Below, one piece after another: positions 37,339 through 49,958 of a stretch of DNA of 64,000 nucleotides. Numbering within the stretch: position 1 is the stretch's first letter; every line of letters begins with the position of its first letter. The position numbers were made by a program, and so were the translations under genes. This DNA comes from Eledone cirrhosa (lineage: Eukaryota), in the NCBI GenBank assembly GCA_964016885.1, contig OZ024749.1:17608001-17672000 (forward strand), written 5' to 3'. The notes beneath the pieces are model-generated. The model had not been told where the DNA came from and did not search any database. It saw only the letters and a list, made by a program, of their open reading frames with translations.

Positions 37339-40300
37339 TTACCGCAAGTGTTGACTACGTAGGTGAACAACCATTGACGAATTCACAGTGAAAGATTTCC
37401 CACATATTTCACATGAATAAGGTTTTTCACCAGTGTGCTTTCTTTTGTGACATGCAAGATGAGAATTCTGAGAAAAAGATTTCTCACATATTTCACAATG
37501 GAAGGGTTTTTCACCAGTGTGAATTCTTTTGTGATTCACAAGATGAGAACTCCGAGTGAAAGATTTCCCACATATTTCACATGAATAAGGTTTTTCACCA
37601 GTGTGCTTTCTTTTGTGACATACAAGATGAGAATTCTGAGAAAAAGATTTCTCACATATTTCACAATGGAAGGGTTTTTCACCAGTGTGAATTCTTTTGT
37701 GATTCACAAGATGAGAACTCTGAGTGAAAGATTTCCCACATATTTCACATGAATAAGGTTTTTCCCTTGTGTGCTTTCTTTTGTGATTTACAAGATTGTT
37801 CTTCTGGGTGAAAGATTTCCCACATATTTCACAGTGGAAGGGTTTTTCACCAGTGTGTATTCTTTTGTGAAGTTCACGATGAGAACTCTGAGAAAAAGAT
37901 TTCCCACATATTTCACAATGGAAGGGTTTTTCTCCAGTGTGTATTCTTTTGTGAGTTTCATGTTGAGAACTCTGAGAAAATGATTTCCTACATATTTCAC
38001 GATGGAAGGGTTTTTCACCTGTGTGTGTTCTTTTGTGATGTACAAGAATAAAATTATGAGAAAAAGATTTCCCACACATTTCACATGAATAAGGTTTTTC
38101 ACCAGTATGTATTCTTTTGTGACATACAAGATGAGAACTACGAGAAAATGATTTCCCACATATTTCACAGTGGAAGGGTTTTTCTCCAGTGTGGCTCCCT
38201 ATGTGGATGACAAGTGCAGAATTATTTATGAAAGATTTCTCACATATTTCACAGTGGAAGGGTTTTTCTCCAGTGTGACTCCGTATGTGGGTGACAAGAG
38301 TAGAATTATTAGTGAAAGATTTTCCACATATTTCACATGAATAAGGTTTTTCTCCTGTGTGCTTTCTTTTGTGCTTTACAAGATTGTACTTCTGGGTGAA
38401 AGATTTCTCACATATTTCACAGTGGAAGGGTTTTTCACCAGTGTGTATTCTTTTGTGTTTTACAAGATTTGAACTATTAGAAAAAGATTTACCACATATT
38501 TCACAATAGAAGAGTTTTTCACCAGTGTGTGTTCTTTTGTGTTTTACAAGATTTGAACTATTAGAAAAAGATTTACCACATATTTCACAATAGAAGAGTT
38601 TTTCACCAGTGTGTGTTCTTTTGTGAGGTTCAAGTTGAGAACTCTGAGAAAATGATTTCCCACATATTTCACAATGGAAGGGATTTTCACCAGTGTGTGT
38701 TCTTTTGTGAGGTTCAAGTTGAGAACTCTGAGAAAATGATTTCCCACATATTTCACAATGGAAGGGTTTTTCTCCAGTGTGACTCCGTATGTGGACGACA
38801 AGAGCAGAATTATTTATGAAAGATTTCCCACATATTTCACATGAATAAGGTTTTTCACCAGTGTGCTTTCTTTTGTGACATACAAGATGAGAATTCTGAG
38901 AAAAAGATTTCTCACATATTTCACAATGGAAGGGTTTTTCACCAGTGTGAATTCTTTTGTGATTCACAAGATGAGAACTCCGAGTGAAAGATTTCCCACA
39001 TATTTCACATGAATAAGGTTTTTCCCTTGTGTGCTTTCTTTTGTGATTTACAAGATTGTACTTCTGGGTGAAAGATTTCCCACATATTTCACATTGGAAG
39101 GGTTTTTCACCAGTGTGTATTCTTTTGTGAAGTTCAAGATGAGAACTCTGAGAAAAAGATTTCCCACATTTTTCACAATGGAAGGGTTTTTCACCTGTGT
39201 GTATTCTTTTGTGAAGTTCAAGATGAGAACTCTGAGAAAAGGATTTCCCACATATTTCACAATGGAAGGGTTTTTCACCTGTGTGTGTTCTTTTGTGATG
39301 TACAAGAATAAAATTATGAGAAAAAGATTTCCCACATATTTCACATGAATAAGGTTTTTCACCAGTATGTATTCTTTTGTGACATACAAGATGAGAACTA
39401 AGAGAAAATGATTTCCCACATATTTCACAATGGAAGGGTTTTTCTCCAGTGTGGCTCCCTATGTGGATGACAAGTGCAGAATTATTTATGAAAGATTTCT
39501 CACATATTTCACAGTGGAAGGGTTTTTTTCCAGTGTGACTCCGTATGTGGGTGACAAGAGTAGAATTATTAGTGAAAGGTTTTCCACATATTTCACATGA
39601 ATAAGGTTTTTCTCCTGTGTGCTTTACAAGATTGTACTTCTGGGTGAAAGATTTCCCACATATTTCACAGTGGAAGGGTTTTTCATCAGTGTGTATTCTT
39701 TTGTGAGGTTCAAGTTGAGAACTCCGAGAAAATGATTTCCCACATATTTCACAATGGAAGGGATTTTCACCAGTGTGTGTTCTTTTGTGAGGTTCAAGTT
39801 GAGAACTCTGAGAAAATGATTTCCCACATATTTCACAATGGAAGGGTTTTTCTCCAGTGTGACTCCGTATGTGGACGACAAGAGCAGAATTATTTATGAA
39901 AGATTTCTCACATATTTCACATGAATAAGGTTTTTCACCAGTGTGCTTTCTTTTGTGACATACAAGATGAGAATTCTGAGAAAAAGATTTCTCACATATT
40001 TCACAATGGAAGGGTTTTTCACCAGTGTGAATTCTTTTGTGATTCACAAGATGAGAACTCCGAGTGAAAGATTTCCCACATATTTCACATGAATAAGGTT
40101 TTTCCCCTGTGTGCTTTCTTTTGTGATTTACAAGATTGTACTTCTGGGTGAAAGATTTCCCACATATTTCACAATGGAAGGGATTTTCACCAGTGTGTGT
40201 TCTTTTGTGAGGTTCAAGTTGAGAACTCTGAGCAAATGATTTCCCACATATTTCACAATGGAAGGGTTTTTCTCCAGTGTGACTCCGTATGTGGACGACA

Positions 40301-40440
40301 AGAGCAGAATTATTTATGAAAAATTTCCCACATATATCACAGTGGAAGGGTTTTTCTCTACTGTGTATTTTCTCGTGTGAGGTTAGTTTCAGTTTTGAAA
40401 AGAAGGTTTTCCTGCAAATCCCACAGCTATATTCAGACAT
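37339..40440 (-). CDS. C2H2 zinc-finger protein, 1033 aa, 37 tandem fingers, single coding exon
   Basis: Uninterrupted ORF with 28-aa (84-bp) period; finger 10 has a 4-aa deletion and finger 30 a C-to-R change; no KRAB/ZAD/SET domain. Confidence 0.93.
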   Translation of the reverse strand: MSEYSCGICRKTFFSKLKLTSHEKIHSREKPFHCDICGKFFINNSALVVHIRSHTGEKPFHCEICGKSFAQSSQLEPHKRTHTGENPFHCEICGKSFTQKYNLVNHKRKHTGEKPYSCEICGKSFTRSSHLVNHKRIHTGEKPFHCEICEKSFSQNSHLVCHKRKHTGEKPYSCEICEKSFINNSALVVHIRSHTGEKPFHCEICGKSFSQSSQLEPHKRTHTGENPFHCEICGKSFSRSSQLEPHKRIHTDEKPFHCEICGKSFTQKYNLVKHTGEKPYSCEICGKPFTNNSTLVTHIRSHTGKKPFHCEICEKSFINNSALVIHIGSHTGEKPFHCEICGKSFSLSSHLVCHKRIHTGEKPYSCEICGKSFSHNFILVHHKRTHTGEKPFHCEICGKSFSQSSHLELHKRIHTGEKPFHCEKCGKSFSQSSHLELHKRIHTGEKPFQCEICGKSFTQKYNLVNHKRKHTREKPYSCEICGKSFTRSSHLVNHKRIHTGEKPFHCEICEKSFSQNSHLVCHKRKHTGEKPYSCEICGKSFINNSALVVHIRSHTGEKPFHCEICGKSFSQSSQLEPHKRTHTGENPFHCEICGKSFSQSSQLEPHKRTHTGEKLFYCEICGKSFSNSSNLVKHKRTHTGEKLFYCEICGKSFSNSSNLVKHKRIHTGEKPFHCEICEKSFTQKYNLVKHKRKHTGEKPYSCEICGKSFTNNSTLVTHIRSHTGEKPFHCEICEKSFINNSALVIHIGSHTGEKPFHCEICGKSFSRSSHLVCHKRIHTGEKPYSCEMCGKSFSHNFILVHHKRTHTGEKPFHREICRKSFSQSSQHETHKRIHTGEKPFHCEICGKSFSQSSHRELHKRIHTGEKPFHCEICGKSFTQKNNLVNHKRKHTREKPYSCEICGKSFTQSSHLVNHKRIHTGEKPFHCEICEKSFSQNSHLVCHKRKHTGEKPYSCEICGKSFTRSSHLVNHKRIHTGEKPFHCEICEKSFSQNSHLACHKRKHTGEKPYSCEICGKSFTVNSSMVVHLRSQHLR

Positions 40441-40991
40441 ATTTCATAAAGGAATCTCACCACTTCCACTCATATATTAAGAAATGTAGCATTCAGTTGG
40501 TAAAGTAATAAGATGTATGAAAGCGTAAGACTGATCTTGGAAGAAGAAAAAGCAAGTGCTAATATATATATATGTGTATGTGTGTGAATATATATTTTTT
40601 ATTTTTGTTAAGGTGAGAGAAGCTCTATTCACAATAACATCCTCAGCTCATAAAACAGACGAATAGGACTTCGTAATTTAAGGTTCAGGTGACAAGAGAA
40701 TATCAATAATTTCAAAAGACGAATGTTAATATATATACATATATATATAGACATACAGTGTGTACGTATGAAAGAGAGAAATAGACGTGTGTGTGTGTGT
40801 GTGTAGTAATATGTGTTGGTGTTGTAATAAGCCAAGATATTTCACTTCAGATAGAAAAGTTCACTTTTTTTGTGTTGTGATGGGAAACGAAATAATACGT
40901 ACTTTAGTTTTCAAGACCAAATATAAAATCAAGAAAAGTTAGTAAAAACTAAATGTTCACTGATTTCTGATTAAAATAATATTTTCCTGTC

Positions 40992-41010
40992 CTGTAAAAT
41001 GTTTAACAAC
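40992..41010 (-). promoter_or_regulatory. Putative splice acceptor for the ZNF exon
   Basis: Minus strand gttgtt(t/c)aacattttacag|gacagg is conserved in cassette copies at ~3073, ~21193 and 40992, and mutated to cgg at ~12414 (the pseudogene copy). Confidence 0.45.
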
Positions 41011-41589
41011 CACTTCAATATTTAATAATACAGGTGATAAAACAACAACTATAAGCTAAATAAGTCACCTTTAACGTCCACCTTAATATAAAATAATCAC
41101 CATAAAAGATAAAATTAAATGAGGTTTAATTTGTAACAATGGAGCTGATATAAATCGTAATATTTCACTGTCTAGTTGACACCGGTGTCATGACTTAAAA
41201 ATCCCCTACATAATTTAATACATTAAAAACAACTTCCGTTATGTTAATTCACACCTTCAATCGATATGTTAGTAATTTATTCAGATTTGTATAAATAACA
41301 TTATTAAGTTTACATAACTGTTTTTATTAAAACGAAACACAATATTAAAGATAATAAAACATTTAAAAAATGGAAATGAAAAGATGAAAAACAAAAACAT
41401 GAGAGACATGTGGAATGATGTGTCTTGCTTAAGGACAGAATGTACCTCCCTTTGAAAACATTATATTACAATATGCTGTATGACTTCACTATAAAATATA
41501 ATTGTGTTTGTATACATATATATAGTATATATTTGTGTGTATACATTGCCTCATTCCATGAAAGTAACTTGGTTAGTCTATGAACTCCT

Positions 41590-41924
41590 TGTAGCAGTTG
41601 CCTCCCTTGTTGTGACACTCACAACACCATCTAGAAAGGAAGTAGAACCCTTTCTGTAACTTCCGGTCATAACCCTATAAAACTAACAACTTTAAGTTCT
41701 CACTCTCTCATTTGCCCTTCCGGCGCCTGGCCTTAGCCAGGCGTCTTCTGCCAGCCGCGTTTGCCTGGCAATCAAAACGGTAACTACTAACTTTGCTTCA
41801 TTCTATCATCTATTTCTTTGACATGTCAACTATACTGTTCTATATATATCCATGATTGTTAATTAAATATACACACAAACCATGTCTCCTTGTTACAAAT
41901 CATACAACCCAGTACCCCGCTATA
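41590..41924 (+). mobile_element. Solo LTR of the non-autonomous family
   Basis: TGTAGC..GCTATA with TSD TCCT; empty paralogous site gaactcctcatc at ~16683. Confidence 0.92.
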
Positions 41925-44674
41925 TCCTCATCCGACCCTTCTATATGTATACACATCTTTCTCAGTGAGTGTGTACATATGTATATAGAATATTGTCACA
42001 ATTACTATATACACCACATATACACTATATATAATGAGAGGATCTCGCTTCTGTTTTCTGGAATTTCTACCTATATATATATTCTACATACAATATATGA
42101 TGTTATCCAAAGTGAGGTCAATAGCTGATATAACTTGGTGCCAGTGTCATCACAACTAATATATACCCTATATACAGACGTGTGGCTGAGTGGTTAGAGA
42201 ATTGGATTCGCAATCGTGAGGTTGTGAGATTGATTCTCCGACCGGGCGATGCGTTATGTCCTTGAGCAAGACACTTTATTTCATATTGCTCCTTCTACCT
42301 GGAGTTGCGACCGATAGATAGTATTAGCAATTGGAAAGACCAATGGAAACATTGTTTTCTCAGTCCGATTTCACTAAAGTCGATCAACTATTGATACACT
42401 AATATATACAATATATATATCTTCTATACATACTTGGGAGTACCCTGAGCAACAGCGGCAACTTTGAGATGGACACCAAATGCAGGGTTGTAAAGGTGAC
42501 TACGGTGTTCCAATGGATGCACTCAATTTGGTCAAACAGAGCCATCAGCTTGTATTTCAAGCTGCGCTTGTACACTAGCATGGTACTTCCAAAGCCCATC
42601 TCTGACTCCAAAAAATGGAAACACAATGTGAAGATGGATAGGTGTCTAAAAACTTTCCATTAAAGGAGCCTGCATAAGATTCTAAAGGTCAGCTGGTGAG
42701 ATCCTGTGGAGTGCAGGGTCACATACACAGCAGGTCATTATGGAACGTAGGTTCTATTTTGCAGGTCACATTCTGCACCTCCAAGATCACCTGTCCAAAA
42801 CGGCGATGACATGGATTCCCCTTGAAGGCAAGTGGAAAAGAAGCCGTCCGAAGATGACCTGGTGGATCACATTCCAAAATGACCCACAAACTGTCAACAT
42901 CAGCTGGCATGAATGTCAACAAGCTGTCACCAACTGAAATCATTGGAGACAATTAGTTAATGGTAGTGGTAGTGTTTGCTGGTAAGTTGTTGGTGTATAC
43001 ACATATGTTGTTGTTGTTAATGTCACCACTGCTATCACTGCCTTCCTCTTGTTGATGGTAGTGATAATTGTTGGTGCTACCTATATCAGCTATCAAGCTG
43101 GCTGCTGTATCAGCTTCTGTGATTGATGCTCCAATGGCCTTCTTGACCAAAGATGCAGGTCAATGGCTTTTGGCATCGTTTGGCAATACAACAGCAAATA
43201 AATATATTCTCTATATTTTTTTTTATTTATTTCTAATCTGATTCAATATTATCAATTGGAAAGACCAATGGAAACATTGTTTCATTCGTCCAATCTGATG
43301 AATTCCACTCCACTTGGTAAGAACTGAGATGTTGAAATTTATTACAAAAAAAAATCACTAAAATCAAGATCCTGGGTTGGTATAACTAACTGGTTTGTAT
43401 GTGTCTGTTGTAGTGTGGTATGTGGTGTGTTGTGGTGTTTTGATGTGGTGCGTGTGCAGGGTGATGTGTTGTTGTGTGTGTGTAGTGTAAAGAGGAAATT
43501 TTACACACATAGGACCTAGAAGGGGTGTGTGAGGACTCTACCCCCTACAACCCTCTCAGAAATAAATGGATGAAGAAAAAGAGAAGAAAGTATTTTCAAA
43601 TGTGAATTATTTTTTTAAAAAGTCAAAAACAACTGTCATGAAAGTACCATCCAACACATATTAAAGTTATGCAATTGTTTTTATTTACACATGTGGATAT
43701 TTTGTCATACATATAAACCAGTTAAGGTTTACAAAATAAACAAATACAAACACACAATGCTTTTTTTGTTTTTAAATGTAGTCATAAGGGTGTCACTGTG
43801 GACATTCGAAGCTTGGTGGAGCTGTTCACTCACCAGGTTTGAACAGTTGGAACAGAGAAGGAGAGAGAATAAGAGGGAGGAAGTGAGATAGAAATATAGA
43901 GAGGAAGAACAGACCCCAGTGATAGACTGGTATTGATTTTTATCAATCTTGAATGGACGAATGAAAGTTGACCTCAGCAGGATTTAAACTCAGAGAACCA
44001 GGATAAATATGGCAGAAAGCATTCTATCTATTGTTTTATAGACTTTAAATAAATGTTTCTACTTTTGAATCAGGCCAGTGCATTACTGTTACTGTTTTTT
44101 ACCTTGAATGGATGAAAGTCAAAGTTGACCATGGCATGATTTAAACCCAGAACATAAAGGACTGTAACTTTATGACACAAAGCATATCGTATGACACTCT
44201 AAGAGCCCTTAATGACAAATATTATGAAGGGGTACTTTCTACAGGGTGTATTTGTTAATTACAATTCAAAACCTCTGAGAATGATTTCCAACATATTTCA
44301 TCATAATAAATGTTCATCAATATATAACATTATTATTAATATTATTATTATTTTCTGCTAGCATGTGTAGTGTGCATATTGATATTATACGCAGGTATAT
44401 GATACATCAAATAAAATCATAATTGACAATATATAATACATAGAAATTGAACGAAGACTGTGTTACACTCTCTTATTTAATCAGTAATGTAATCCATGAT
44501 ACATTAAAAAAGACGATATTATATATAAACTGCATTAGGAGAAAATTAGTGACGGAAATATATGAATGTTTATTTAAGAAGTGAATCTTTAAATAAACAA
44601 AATATATTTAATCAACAGTCACGAAATTTAGTAGATAAATTATGTAATATTCATTCATTATTTATTCAAAGTAA

Positions 44675-44840
44675 TCGGTAGAGGGTCGGACGCCATGCTT
44701 TCCAGCATAGTTACGTCCCTTTACGATCTGAGTTCAAATCCTGCCGAGGTTGACTTTGCCTTTCATCCTTACGGGATCGATAAAATAAAGTACCAGTAAT
44801 GCACTGGGTATTTGCTGGCCTTGTGCCTAAAGTAGAAACA
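44675..44840 (+). mobile_element. 5'-truncated Meta-type SINE
   Basis: Near-identical to 49978-50143. Confidence 0.85.
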
Positions 44841-45670
44841 ATTATTTATTCACACAAGCACACAAATAAACATACATATCTTTACTTCAATAGAAAATCT
44901 CCCCAGCGAACTAACCATATTCACAGAACCAGAACAATTCTCCCAATCCCATTTCTCTTGACCACTATCTTTCCCTTGTCATAACATTCTCTATAAAGGC
45001 TACAGAATAGATTTCCAAATAAGGGCGTAAAAATGTAATGAAAACTTGTTCACGTGACAGCCAAATTTCATCTATAACCAATCAAATCACGTTTATTAAA
45101 AAAAAGCCTTCGTGATCCACCTTTTTTTTAAGTAAAGAAATTCAAACACACACACACACAACACACACAAGCACACAAGTAAACATACATATCTTTACTT
45201 TCTTTATTCAATAGAAAATCTGAATTCTGACACCCCAGCGAACTAACCATATTCACTGAACCAGAACAATTCTCCCATCCATTATCTTTCACTTATCATA
45301 AAATTCTCTAAAAAGGCTCCAGAATGGATTTCCAAATAAGGGCACGAAAATTTAATGAAAACTTGTTCACGTGACAGCCATAATTTCATTTATAACCAAC
45401 CCCAAAAAAGCCTTCGTGAGCCCCTCTTTTCAAGTAAAAAGAAATTCAAACACTCATATATGAAAAAACAACCTGTGACAACCCCCCCCCCTCTTATTTG
45501 AAGAACTATTGTAACGCGAACTGGCGCGAAATTTATTATAATTATTGACAAACCAATCAAATTACTTCTCGAAAAACCTGGCATTTCGAGCCACTTTTTC
45601 CATATAAAACAAGTAACATTCAGAGACCAACCAGATGTGAGAAAAACCACAGACCCTCCATCTCAACTCA

Positions 45671-45708
45671 CCTTTTGAAAAGCAGAAGAACTGCGAAACC
45701 GGTAAAGG
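45671..45708 (+). ncRNA. Minimal hammerhead ribozyme, U3-A8 core variant
   Basis: CCTT-TTGAAAA-GCAG aagaa CTGC-GAAA-CCGG-TA-AAGG; predicted GUA cleavage after 45704, 170 nt upstream of the ATG. Confidence 0.75.
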
Positions 45709-45874
45709 AAGCAAATAAATATATATATTTAAAAAAAAAATAAGACTCCAGTTGCATTTTCGATTTCATCTCTTTTTCTTTATACTTTCACTCGTGTAGG
45801 ACACCTCGGTTATTTTTCATTTTGTAAAAAAAAACCTCACTTTCTAATATATACCCACCACACGAAGACCGAAA

Positions 45875-48800
45875 ATGCCACCAAAGTCTCAACAAAACAA
45901 CAACTCACTGAACCAGGACATCTTAAATGAACTCAAAGAGATTTCCTCTAAACTCTCAATTTTGACCAACAAAGTGGACCAAATACACATCTATAAAAAA
46001 GGAGCCCACGAAGAAACAGAAAATACCCAAGAGACGAATATTACTCCAGTATTAACTAAGCTAATCGAAACCATTGAAACAGCAATGCTCCCAAAGCTGG
46101 AACAACCGTTAGAACCCAATCTACGAGATGTCCAATCAGTGAAAAACCCCCTAATCAACATATGGACTCAAAAGCTCACAGCCCACAAATTCGCCCTTTG
46201 GAATCTCCTAAAAATTATTGGCAAGGCAGACATATATGAAAAGTGGCTAAACTCTACCCCAATCATCCTCCCCAAAAAACTCCAAATAAAACCCATCCCG
46301 AATGAACCAGAAAACCAACAAAGACTTAGGGAAAAGATGGCATTGGAAAAATTTAAAACAGAAATAGAACTGTTGCGATTAAGAGCCAACTCCAACGAAG
46401 AAAAATTCAAGTCACTCGACCAACAGATGGACACAGAAATCTCAAAGCACTCTGAAGGCCTACTCTACAAAAAACCCTAAAACTTTGGAAAGAAAACTGT
46501 GAGGATGAAGAACTAACATCCCTCCAGCGATGTGAAAAAAACGCCACCTGGTTCAACAACTACGAAATGGACTTCAAAAATGAACAACATACAGGTAATC
46601 CATTTTTAAAACAAACTAAAACTCACACACCACATGCACAAAAATAACAAAAAAAGTAACAAAACGTCCAACATACCCCCAGCAAAACTATAACGATAAT
46701 CCCAGAAACCATAGACAAAACTATAACCCTACTAACAAAAACCAAAGATCCCCGAACACAAGGCAGGACCTGATCCGCAGATCACAACCCACACAAAACC
46801 TATTCCAAAACCGGTGACCCCTGCCCACACAGAGCCTGTTCCAAAACCGTAGATCCCAACCCACACAAAGGAACAAAATCTACAACCCGGACTATCAACA
46901 AACCGAACCTCAATACGTCCGAAACTTCTATACAAGACCACACAACAACAGGGGAAATACCATTAGATATAATAATACCATTGAAAAAACATTCCAGAAA
47001 AATCATTTTTTAGACCAAGGCTACAGGACTCACGACACCCGGTGGCACAAACCGATTTTGAAAAACCGAAAATAATTAACCTTTCAAATACAAACCTCTC
47101 AGCCCAACAAGTAAAAATTCTCTCCAAAGGACTGAAATTCACACCAACACCACAATACTCTAACCCCAATGAGATAAATGACGATATCTCACACTTCTGT
47201 AGAAAATTACGTCTCACAGAGGAATTCTTCGACAAGGAGAATAACGACGAATCAATTGTACGGAATAAAAGCAGCTACAACCCAACAAAAGGTAGAAACA
47301 GAGTTCTGGACAAATTTTGTGACCACATAGCTACCTTCCCATACCATGAACTACCGCAACCTAAACCCAAACCCAACACGAGTCGAATGGGAGATTATCC
47401 ATGAACTAAAAAACAATACGGACATTATAATTAAGGAAGCGGACAAGGGAAGTACTGTTGTCATTATGGAGGCTGAAAAATATAAAAATTCTATGTTCTC
47501 TCTCTTACAAAATACTAATTACTATGAAAGAGTAAAAAACTACCAGCAATCAAAAATAATGACCAAATTAAACACACTGATTTATCGATACCAGGAAGAC
47601 CTAACGAAAAAGGAACGCGATTATTTAACAAATGTTGAATACAAAACCAGCAACCTTTACGGACTTCCGAAGATCCACAAGTGTAAAATAATCAACGATG
47701 CCTGTAAACAATCCACCTCAGCCTGCGTGAAGACACAATACCCCACAGACCTTAAATTAAGACCAATTGTAGCGGGCCCACAATGTGAAACACACAGACT
47801 GAGCAACTTTATAGACATACTACTGAAACCAATACTGAAACACATACCTAGCCTTGTAAGAGACGATCTGGACCTCTTAAACCACCTCCCCAAACATGTC
47901 AACAACGACACTATTATTGTGTCTGTCGATGTAGTGAATCTCTACACAACGATCCCACACCAATACGGACTAGAAGCAATAGGATTCTGGCTAGAGAAAT
48001 ATCCCAATGAGATACCTGACAGAATAGAAAAAAGCTTCATCACCGAGGGATTAAAATTCATCTTACAGAACAACTTTTTTGATTTCGATGGCAATACTTA
48101 CAAGCAAATATCGGGGACTGCGATGGGTACAAAAGCCGCTCCAACTTAGTCATGGCATACTTATATGAACAGATATATGAACAGTCCAAATCAAAATACG
48201 GATTGAACTTCCACAAATATTTATCAGAGAATTGGAAACGCTACTTGGATGATTGCCTCATTCTTTGGTCCCACACACTCGACCAACTGAAGGATTTCAA
48301 AAACTTAATAAACGGCATCAATAACCACATCCAATTCACAATGGAATACAGCCAAGATCAACTCCCATTTCTGGACATCTTAATCTTAAAAAAAGACACA
48401 AATATCGAAACTGACATACACTACAAACCAACAGATTCCAAACAATATCTGCTATTCACCTCTAACCATCCAAAGCACACGAAGACGAACATTCCTTTTA
48501 ACCTAGCAAGATGAATTTGCACAATTGTCTCCAATTATGAAACGCGAAATAAAAGACTTCAAGAATTAAAGGAAATTCTACTCGAGAGAGAGTACCCACT
48601 ATTACTAATAAATAATGGAATAGAAAGGACTAAAGCAATAGGTATTGATGAATTACGGAAACAGAAACAAATTCAAGGTACGTCCAATATTCTATCATAT
48701 ATCTCAACACACAACCCAAGAAATGCGGAAGCTTACAACACTATTCACAACAACATCCCACTACTAAAACAAAACCCAAGAATGAAAAAAGCCCTAGAAA

Positions 48801-49297
48801 CACACAAAATAATCAAAAGCAAAAGACAACCAAAATCACTGAAAACATTACTCACCAATGCCAAATTACCTACCACAAACCCACAACCAAGTATCAAAAA
48901 ATGTGGTCGCTCTAATTGTGGAACCTGCACTCACCTCATTGAAGGCAACACGTATACATTTAAATCAGGACAAAATTTTACTGTAAAAAATCACTTCACT
49001 TGCTCATCAAAAAATCTAATTTATGCCATTAAATGTAAAGGATGCAATGAAGATTATATAGGACAAACTAAACTCACACTCAGAAACAGAATGACAGTTC
49101 ATCGCCAACAATTACGAGATCCAACCACGAGACAGATACCACTAAGTGCACATCTAGACATTTGCGCAAGTAATAAGACACCCAAATTCCAAGTCTTCCC
49201 ATTTTACCTTTGCGCTAACAATACAACAGAACAAATACGAATAAATAAGGAAAATACGTTTATTCAAAAATATAGACCAGCATTAAATATGGTTTAA
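45875..49297 (+). pseudogene. PLE polyprotein: N-terminal extension, RT, Cys-rich linker, GIY-YIG endonuclease; several stops and frameshifts
   Basis: LSKGLKFTPTP, LYGLPKIHK, LRPIV, DVVNLYTTI, GTAMGT, RYLDD, PFLD, CGRSNCGTC, NLIYAIKCKGCNEDYIGQT. Confidence 0.93.
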
Positions 49298-49958
49298 TAT
49301 ACATTATGTCAACACCATAATATGACATACATACACACACATAACACCTACTTTAGAAAATAAAAACCCGAACTAAATAAACCTTAACATACGTTTGCAC
49401 TGACAATACAACAGAACAAATACGAATAAGTAAGGAAAATATGTTCATTCAAAAATATTCCTACTAAAGGAATCATTTTCCTACACACACACACACACAC
49501 ACACAATATATATATATATGTATTCTCTTCATCTTAACATGTTAACCATACTCCCACACACATAACACGCATACACACACATAACACCCATATACACACA
49601 CACACAACTCCCTCCCCCATTTCTACTAATAGAATCATCTTCCAATACACACACACAAGCACACAAATAAACATACATATCTTTACTTCAATAGAAAATC
49701 TGAACTCTGACACCCCAGCGAACTAACCATATTCACTGAACCAGAACAATTCTCCCAATCCCATTTCTCTTGATCACTATCTTTCCCTTGTCATAACATT
49801 CTCTATAAAGGCTACAGAAATGTAATGAAAACTTGTTCACGTGACAGCCAAATTTCATTTATAACCAATCAAATCACGTTTATTAAAAAAAAGCCTTCAC
49901 TGAACCAGAACAATTCTCCCATCCCTTTCTCTTGACCATTATCTTTCACTTATCATCA

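Noticed and set aside
37771-39881. Alternative-frame and antisense ORFs over the ZNF arrays
   Set aside because: By-products of the 84-bp finger periodicity.
45300-45365. CTAAAAAGGC..CGAAA in the pLTR tandem units as extra hammerheads
   Set aside because: Core and stems too degenerate to support.
48512-48514. In-frame TGA in the PLE RT as possible selenocysteine
   Set aside because: Falls at a typical Arg position (LAR*ICTIVS) and the ORF has other stops and frameshifts; no SECIS seen.
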